From Ginkgo biloba (taxonomy: Eukaryota; Plantae; Ginkgophyta): DNA of 16,614 nucleotides. The DNA lies in the NCBI GenBank assembly GCA_024626585.2, contig JANKJI020000004.1, positions 1,433,514-1,450,127 on the forward strand, read 5' to 3'. Numbering within the stretch: the stretch's first letter is position 1; each line of letters opens with the position of its first letter. A program made the translations under genes and the position numbers. Below are positions 9,260 to 16,614 of this stretch, in pieces. The notes under the pieces were generated by a model that was given only the letters and a program-made list of their open reading frames with translations, was not told the DNA's origin and made no database searches.

Positions 9260-10651
9260 TTTATATGAATCAATTACACATATGAAAATAAGCCATTCCT
9301 TAAGATTTTCCTTGGATATAGATTTAGGAGGAGTTTGCACCATAGGTATCCATTTCAAGTCAAGGATATCAAGGTTGACATAATGAGTTTGAGCACTATG
9401 ATGTTATTATAAGACAAAATTGGCATTAGGAAAAGAACACACATGCATGCATGAGAGACTACATATTATCGATCTCATCAATGGAGGAAAGAGCTTGCAA
9501 CTTCAAGGGAATGAGGACTTCAAAATTATTCATATGGTATTTTATGTGCAATTAAAAAGGGCGGTAACAATGAGGACTACTTAATAAAATTTCATTTTCA
9601 CTTTGGAAAAGTTTTAAGGACATACTAAAGAAGAGAAGAAAGGAGAAAAGATGGCAGGAAAGGATGGGTCAATGAGAATGTGCTTTACATATGAACTTTT
9701 GGACACAATGTAAGGAGTTATAGACTTATAGAGTGGATACCATAAAATTTGCATCCACAAGGATGATGTGGTAAAGACTGCATTAACAAGATGGGATTAG
9801 GCATTTTAAATTCTTAAGGATGCCACTAATCCACCTTCTAATTCATGAGGACCATAAATAGTATTTTCAAGTCATATTCAGTTAAGCTTGTGGTTGTTTT
9901 TCTAGCTATCATCGTGATCTACAACAACAACATAGGGGTCATATTGAACATTCAAAACATGTATTGGACAATTTAAGCAAGTGGAAAATTTATGCCAATC
10001 TAAATGCAACTTCATGAAGAAAGAAAATGAATACCTTAGATGCATTATTTTAGCTAAAGGTGTTTTAGTGGATCTTGAGAAGATCGAAGTAGTAAGCAAA
10101 AGGATCACACAAAAAGTTTCTATAGAAAGTTCCTCTTGAATTTCTTACAAATTGATGCATCAATTTCTAAACTATTGAAGAAGTAGCAGATTCTAATGGA
10201 CAAGCAACCATTAAGGGAGATTTTAAAGCATTGAAGACGAATCAACAAGGATGTTGATAATAACTCTTATTCATCCTTTAAAACATTTCAATTTTTCATT
10301 GATGTTAGTGGGATGGCTATTGGAGTAGTATTGGTGCAAGAAGGAAAGGTTATATCTTACAAAAGTAGAGAGAGTAATGAAGTCAAGAGGATATTATATC
10401 TTTGACTAAGAGTAGTTAGCTATTATGCATGACATCAAAATGTGGAAACATTGTTTGAAAGAAAATAACTTTGAAATTTACATAGATCATATTTGTTTGG
10501 TGAGTTTTTAATCTAAAGGAGAGCTCCCATCAACACAAAAATGTTGGCCCATGGTTTTCAAAGAATATCAATCTAAATTCATAAAGAGTGAAAGGAAAAT
10601 GTGATGATTAATATTTTACAATGATACTCCAAATGAACCAAGCTACCAAAA
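9260..10651 (+). mobile_element. Degenerate Ty3/gypsy pol: protease end, reverse transcriptase and RNase H
   Basis: HYDVIIRQNW (~9394-9423; cf. YDVILG..WL); KDGSMRMCFTYELLDTM*GVIDL*SGYHKICIHKDDVVKTA from 9660; FMRTINSIFKSY..KLVVVF (~9843-9900); FIDVSGMAIGVVLVQEGKVISYKSR (~10295-10370); LAIMHDIKMWKHCLKENNFEIYIDH (~10415-10490). Many stops, frameshifts and deletions. Confidence 0.9.
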
Positions 10652-10884
10652 TGCAAAGGGGCCAAGGGTCACCATCCTGGAGAGGCACCTTTGGAGAATC
10701 GCATGGCATAGGAGATATTTTGGTTGGCAACTAGGGTTTCTCTCTCCCTCATTTTACTACAAGAGATTTTGGTCAAGTGAAGGCATCTTTTTCTAGGTTG
10801 TTATGCTTTCTCTAAGGATTACGTCTTAAAGCCAATGATAAGATAGTAATTTGTTCTATCATATTTCCCTTCCAACATTTTACA
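10652..10884. mobile_element. Possible short solo-LTR-like insertion in the gypsy pol
   Basis: Begins TGCAAAG exactly where homology to the 7455-7960 copy stops and ends TTTTACA (imperfect terminal inverted repeat). It contains ctagggtttctctctc. The TSD is not clean. Confidence 0.35.
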
Positions 10885-11098
10885 ATATTGAAAAGGTTGA
10901 GGGTCACCAGGGACAGTTACCTTAATGTCCGAATGAAAAAAAATGATACATTAATGGAATGTGGATGGAATAGCTTGCATGACATGAATCCATGGTCANN
11001 NNNNNNNNNNNNNNNNNNNNNNNNNNNNNNNNNNNNNNNNNNNNNNNNNNNNNNNNNNNNNNNNNNNNNNNNNNNNNNNNNNNNNNNNNNNNNNNNNN

Positions 11099-11300
11099 GA
11101 ATTAAAGTACAAGTCATTATAAGAATTTCATAACCCCTATTTGCTAATCATGGGGGCAGGGATAAAAAATATGAAGTGATAGAAAGGTAGTCTATTTGAG
11201 TAACATGAAACAAGAAGTTGTTGATTATGTGAGGACATGAAAAATATGTCAAATGGTCAAAGTTGATTGAGAGCATGTAGGAGGATGATGATAATATTCA
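11099..11300 (+). mobile_element. Ty3/gypsy integrase zinc-finger remnant, continuation of the 9260-10651 element
   Basis: ELKYKSL*EFHN..FANHGGRDKKYEVIER..YLSNMKQEVVDYVRT*KICQMVK. It aligns at the DNA level with ~7800-7945. Confidence 0.8.
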
Positions 11301-11439
11301 TAAGTATGGTACAATTGACAGTTGAAAGATAAAGTAAGATCATTATTATCCTTATTAGGTTATTGCTTGACTCTAAAGCTAGTAGTTTGAACATTTTGAA
11401 TAGGGTCGTAATTCATAGAAGTAGGAAGAGATGGTGGGA

Positions 11440-11760
11440 GAGGCAAACATATGGAGCAATAATCAACTCAACTCTTTGTGTAATGGGCAAAGCATCTAAC
11501 AAGGTTGGAGGTCCTTGATCACAAACATGCTATGATATTCTTGAATGCAAAGTTGACCATAAGAAAAGTATTATTATCTCCTTATTTATTCATGGGTTTG
11601 TGTGTGTGGACATTTGAGTCAGTTAAACACCAAAGTGGGCAACCATCTTTCTTGAGCCTTGGTTTAAGGCACACAATTGAATGAAAGAAGTGTTTGCACT
11701 ACCCTATGCTTGAAATCTAACTTGATAAAGCATTACCCAACTTGACCTATGGAAATATGA
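11440..11760 (+). mobile_element. Possible very old LINE ORF1 (DUF4283-like) remnant
   Basis: Scattered motifs in LINE ORF1 order: GFVCVDI (~11594-11614; cf. GFF.V.F), FLEPW (~11649-11663; cf. L.PW) and LDKALP (~11721-11738; cf. E.DL.K.LP). Very degenerate. Confidence 0.25.
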
Positions 11761-13249
11761 AAGATTCTTGTACTAAGAACTTGTAATGACTTGTAAGGAA
11801 ATAACCATTTACACTTTTGCCCATCTATCCAATTGTGATTGAGTGCAACATTATCAAAGTGATCTAGCCACAAGTAGACATCTTAAAAAGGGAACATGGA
11901 AAAAGAAGATGGACAAAGAGTTTTGAAGTTAGACTAGTTGCTGAAGAGTTTGGTTTAAATCAAACAACTAATTTTGTGCTATCATAGTTGGAGGAGGCAA
12001 TTGGGTGGGATCCGCAGTGTCACCTTGTGTTGCATAGAAGAAAGGATTATTATAGAAGCATACCATTATAAGAAAGAAGATTCATGCCAATAATGCTTGA
12101 AACGTGGTGAAACTGCCATGTTGCATGAAATGAGTGAGCTGAAATTGCATAGCACTCAAAAGGAGAATTGTTCTTAACTAATTTTGCACTGAAAACTATA
12201 AAGGATGTGCTTAAGCCTAGACAGATGTGCAGATGCCCAAAACTAATTACTCCATAAAGGGTTCATATCAGAAGAAATTCCCTTGTGGTATTCTCAATAA
12301 AATCACTTGAATTGCATGCCAATCTTCCCTTGATTGCTTTTAAGAGGAGTTTTTCATTGTATAACATTGATATCAATGGCCTAGTATGTTTACAGACCGG
12401 GATGTTTCTCCTTGAAAGATCTGTTCTCAGAATGTGATCTTTTTTAATTTTCCTTTTCCATCTACAGATTCTTCTCCATTTGCTTCCTTATTCTTTAGCC
12501 TGGGTCACTAACTACCCATTTTTCTGATTCATCTGTTTCTCAGTCATGATTTTTACAGTTTGAATTCTTCTCGTCACTCTACATCCATTTCTTTGTCTCC
12601 CTACTTTTGGCTCTTATGACTTAACATGCTAATTGCTTTCTATATATTCTTGCTTTTCCCTCCTAAGGTATATAATATGAATTTTGTACTATAAAAGTGA
12701 TAAGTATAATTACACCCTTAAAACAACCTCAAAATGATACTTAAACCTGCATTAATATTTATTATTATACAATGTTGATTTCTATNNNNNNNNNNNNNNN
12801 NNNNNNNNNNNNNNNNNNNNNNNNNNNNNNNNNNNNNNNNNNNNNNNNNNNNNNTCTATAGAAAGCAACATTATTTTCCTAACTAATTTAACTAGATTAT
12901 AGAAAATATATGGAACCTAAATTAACTAATGTTTTTATTTTATATGATTTCATGTGTACTTTTAGGACTTGTAAAATAATTTTCTAAAATATTGAATTTT
13001 TTGCCAAAACTACCACTTTTGATGAAACCCCTATAAAATGGACTAAAAAAGAACAAAAATTAAGGTCAAGTGTAATTATGCTTTTTGGAATATTCTAGAA
13101 TAAANNNNNNNNNNNNNNNNNNNNNNNNNNNNNNNNNNNNNNNNNNNNNNNNNNNNNNNNNNNNNNNNNNNNNNNNNNNNNNNNNNNNNNNNNNNNNNNN
13201 NNNNTTGACCTATTAAGGTCAACTTTTATTATATATCTTGATAAAAAAG

Positions 13250-15213
13250 AAGCCACCTGCTTAGATTCAATCCTCTTTCCCCAATTTCAATTTCTTAGAT
13301 GCTTCTTAAGAGGATGAGCTACAAATTGTGTATGATGCTAATGATGGATGTGGAGGCAATGGTCGTAGTGTTGACATCTTGCTTTATCAATAGAATGAAC
13401 ATTTGGATATCCTATTGTAAATCCTATAACATGATATAACATCCTAGGATGGAAATCCTATAGAGAAATCCAATTTGGTGAGCACCAAGAAGCATGTAGA
13501 TTCTAGATTTAATTAGGATATTTATGAATAAGTTAGCTTCAAATGATGGACCTTTAATTGTGCTTGTATTGAAACATCCATAACATGAATAAACATGAAC
13601 AAATAATTGGTAGCAATGTTATACATAGAAATGATTTTAAATATAAAATCATTGATAGTCTTTGAGAAAAAATAAAATTTCAAAATAATGTCATTCGAGC
13701 CACTATGTCTAATCAAATTATCTGCAAAATTCATCAAGGTGATCCAAAGTAATTCTACTTGAAACATACATCAAGTATTGTAGAATCTAAGATCCCAGGT
13801 ATGCGTGTTTCCTAATAAGACCATTTTCTAATTCAAGGGTTGGATTTTGTAAAGCTAAGTGATAACACCAACAATTTTGTAAATAAGTTGAATATGTATA
13901 TAATTTCAAAACATATATAATATTGACTCATGCTCTAGGCAAAAAGGGCATATGACTTTCATACCAATATTAGCCATTTGGAAGAAACCAAAAGGCCATT
14001 GTGAACCAAGAGCAAGGAAAACTATTTATCTTTCTTCGTTACATTCAATGACTAGACAAGTTGACACTATTGTCTTCTAAGCTTGAAGGGGTTTAACCAC
14101 TTTTTAAGATATTATTATATCTCTCTACTAAGCTCAAAATGAGGTTTCAACATCTTGGATAAATTTTCAATCATGTTATAGAGAAAGTGAGTATCTGGTC
14201 TCCAATGCTAGATCATCCACCAAGGTTGACGACTCTCAAATATACCTTACACTAAACTTCTTGTGTCACATCAATAATCAATTCGAAAAATAAATTGGCT
14301 TGGAATTGGAAAGACTTTACAAGTTTCAAAATTCCTTCCAACCAAACCAATTCCTAGTGCAATGGTTCTAACAATTTTTTAAACCATCATCAATGAAGGT
14401 AACAAAGTAGAGGTAACTAGTGAAAGAGGGTGTAGATATAGGACCACATACATTTGATGTAACTTATGATCCTTTTCACTAGAAAGAAATGTCTCTCTAC
14501 TATGATTTTCCATAGCATANNNNNNNNNNNNNNNNNNNNNNNNNNNNNNNNNNNNNNNNNNNNNNNNNNNNNNNNNNNNNNNNNNNNNNNNNNNNNNNNN
14601 NNNNNNNNNNNNNNGCAAATATTATGTTCCATAGAATTTCCTAACCCCCCTCTTATTCTATAATGGCTTTATAATTTATCATCTTTCTTCTCAAATCCTC
14701 TAAAAGAAATATCTCATACAACTATGGAAAGATAGGTAGAGTATCCTAAACCATAATTCCTATCATAAACACTTCATATGATTTTGAAAAACCATTTAAA
14801 TTAATAGTAAAAAGGTCAACATCTTATCAACTTATTTATAATATCTTTAATCTTATCAATATAAGAAGAGACAATTCCACCATCCATCATTCTCATCAAA
14901 TTCAATATATATATTAAAAGCATCTTCCTAGATATACTAATGGATTGATATGAAGACTTGAGATTCTCCTATAATTTATTTATAGTACATAATCCTTTTG
15001 TATGTATATAATATAACATATAATATTTATAAAGGTGGTCATCCTTACAAGGTTGTCCTTTTTCCATGTAGGAATGTCTACTACTATAGAAGTCTTTAGA
15101 TTAGTACCAACAAACCATTCATAAAACTATTTACCTTTCAACAATATTTCCATGAATAAAACCCAATTATAATAGTCAGAAACACCTTCTAAATTATCAT
15201 AATCATATAATTT
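13250..15213 (-). mobile_element. Heavily degenerate LINE (L1-like) ORF2 reverse transcriptase region spanning one gap
   Basis: Minus-strand motifs in canonical order: EWFVGTN (~15122-15100; cf. W...GD.NTK), RIISYIKC..YIY (~14475-14430; cf. RPISL.N..YK), PFGFFQ...G...CP (~13997-13945; cf. P.GFF...RG.RQGCPLSP), ITLMNFADNL (ORF 13522-13767; cf. HL.FADD.L) and a GGL motif (~13260-13250). Confidence 0.6.
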
Positions 15214-16049
15214 NNNNNNNNNNNNNNNNNNNNNNNNNNNNNNNNNNNNNNNNNNNNNNNNNNNNNNNNNNNNNNNNNNNNNNNNNNNNNNNNNNNNNNN
15301 NNNNNNNNNNNNNTGAAATTGGACTCCGGAGACCATATCTTGCAGGCGGAGGGAGGATGGATTGGGGAATGGAATGGAGATGATATTTAAGTATTCAAAA
15401 AGTAGAATGCCAAATAAAAAAATGTTATAAACTCGTAGTTTATGAACAACAGAGAGAGTGAATAGGGTGCATGACAGGTGGCAATAACTGTTTGGGAAAG
15501 TTGAGACTGGTCATATGCAAGTTACAAGTCCTATTCCGTTTGCTGTTCCTTGCACTTGTCAGTCAGGATGGATGCCCCGCTGCATTCTCCATTAATTTGC
15601 ATTGAATACGTTTGAGTTCTTGTCATTATCATTATTATTATATCACCGTTGCTGTTGCTTTTGGTATGGGTAGTGGCAATGCAACTACACAAACTCTGGG
15701 GGTATATCTGTCATTACATTATTTTGGCGTTGGTATCTTGGTATTGGACTGTTTAAATATGCTGTTTTTAAGCGGTTTTGGCATTTGCATCTTGGGTTGT
15801 TTTGGTTTTTGGGTTTATGTTTCTTGGGCTGTTTCAATATTTGTATGTTGTTATTGTCTTTAGGCGGTTTTGTTCTTATTGGCAATTGGCATATTTGTTA
15901 TTTTGGTATCCGTGGCGATCAAAGCATAGTTGATTGTGACTTAACTCTTTTAGCCGTTAAGTGCGCAGTTCTTGATAAGCAATAACTGATTCAAACGCTT
16001 TAGACTGGTAGTGAATTCTAACGGCTCTATTAGAACCGAAAGCCAATTT

Positions 16050-16575
16050 ATGTTCAAGATCACAACCACTTATGTGTGACTAACCATACTTACATACCCC
16101 TCATTACACATTTGATCCAAATTAAGATTTCCTAAATTAAAGTAGTCTAAAGGATCAATAGGTGCTCAAACGGATAAAATCTACACTAATTTCTCCTATT
16201 CATGCATGCCAATTCTCAACTCTTAGGCTTTTTACTTGTCTTCCATTATTTTGTGCATGTGATACTTCGACTAGTTACAACATAAACCTTCTAGAAGAGA
16301 TTCTAAACTAGCATTGTCCTTCTCTAAGAGATAATAGAATAAATTTATGACTTATAGTGGGAAGAATGTGCAACCTTCGAAAAGAGAATATAAAATGAAT
16401 TCCTAGCCAATGAGCTTATATCTCTCATGACCGAAGACTAATTGCATTTGCCTTTTGATAACAACCATTAATCATAAATGGGAATATATTATTGCAAAAG
16501 AATATAATTTAGATTATATCACTCGGCGCAAACTCAAAACCTTATCTTTCCCAATGTTCCATCTAATCACCTCAT
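16050..16575 (-). mobile_element. Possible degenerate LINE endonuclease N-terminus
   Basis: The minus strand from ~16575 reads (M)..VIRWNIGKDKVLSLRRVI*SKL (cf. MK.ISWN.RG.....K.R.I...L). Downstream motifs are barely recognisable. Confidence 0.3.
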
Positions 16576-16614
16576 TTGTGTAATACATACTTCGAAATTT
16601 TTAATTTCATTTAG

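Noticed and set aside
8913-9358. ORFs crossing N-gaps and the microsatellite (THTH/VCVC peptides), and likewise the other X-containing ORFs in the track
   Set aside because: These are artefacts of N runs and dinucleotide repeats.
507-15313. Interpreting element order or nesting across the whole window
   Set aside because: Ten N-gaps, six of them placeholder 100-N gaps, make distances and adjacency between contigs uncertain. Only within-contig junctions were trusted.
15612-15985. Hydrophobic, membrane-protein-like short ORFs
   Set aside because: They are explained by G/T compositional skew, have non-ATG starts, and show no recognisable family.

Overview
This is eukaryotic, AT-rich, CpG-depleted plant nuclear DNA. 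It looks like a very large, transposon-laden genome (gymnosperm-like; this is an inference) in a fragmented draft scaffold with 10 N-gaps, six of them exactly 100 N. Most of the window is old, heavily decayed retroelement debris: LINE endonuclease and RT remnants on the minus strand, a Ty1/copia remnant, two Ty3/gypsy pol fragments of one family, and LTR-like pieces. The one host-gene-derived segment is a chimera on a single gap-free contig (2007-3888). A plant eIF2B-epsilon C-terminal W2 domain fragment (2400-2594), missed by the ORF track because of one in-frame TAA at 2541, runs in frame into the N-terminal half of a CDPK-superfamily (PEPKR/PPCK-like) Ser/Thr kinase (2604-3077). The kinase is cut right after the HRDIK catalytic loop by a CpG-rich foreign insert. 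No intact protein-coding gene, RNA gene or CRISPR array is supported. All homology calls come from motif recognition by eye, not from database searches.
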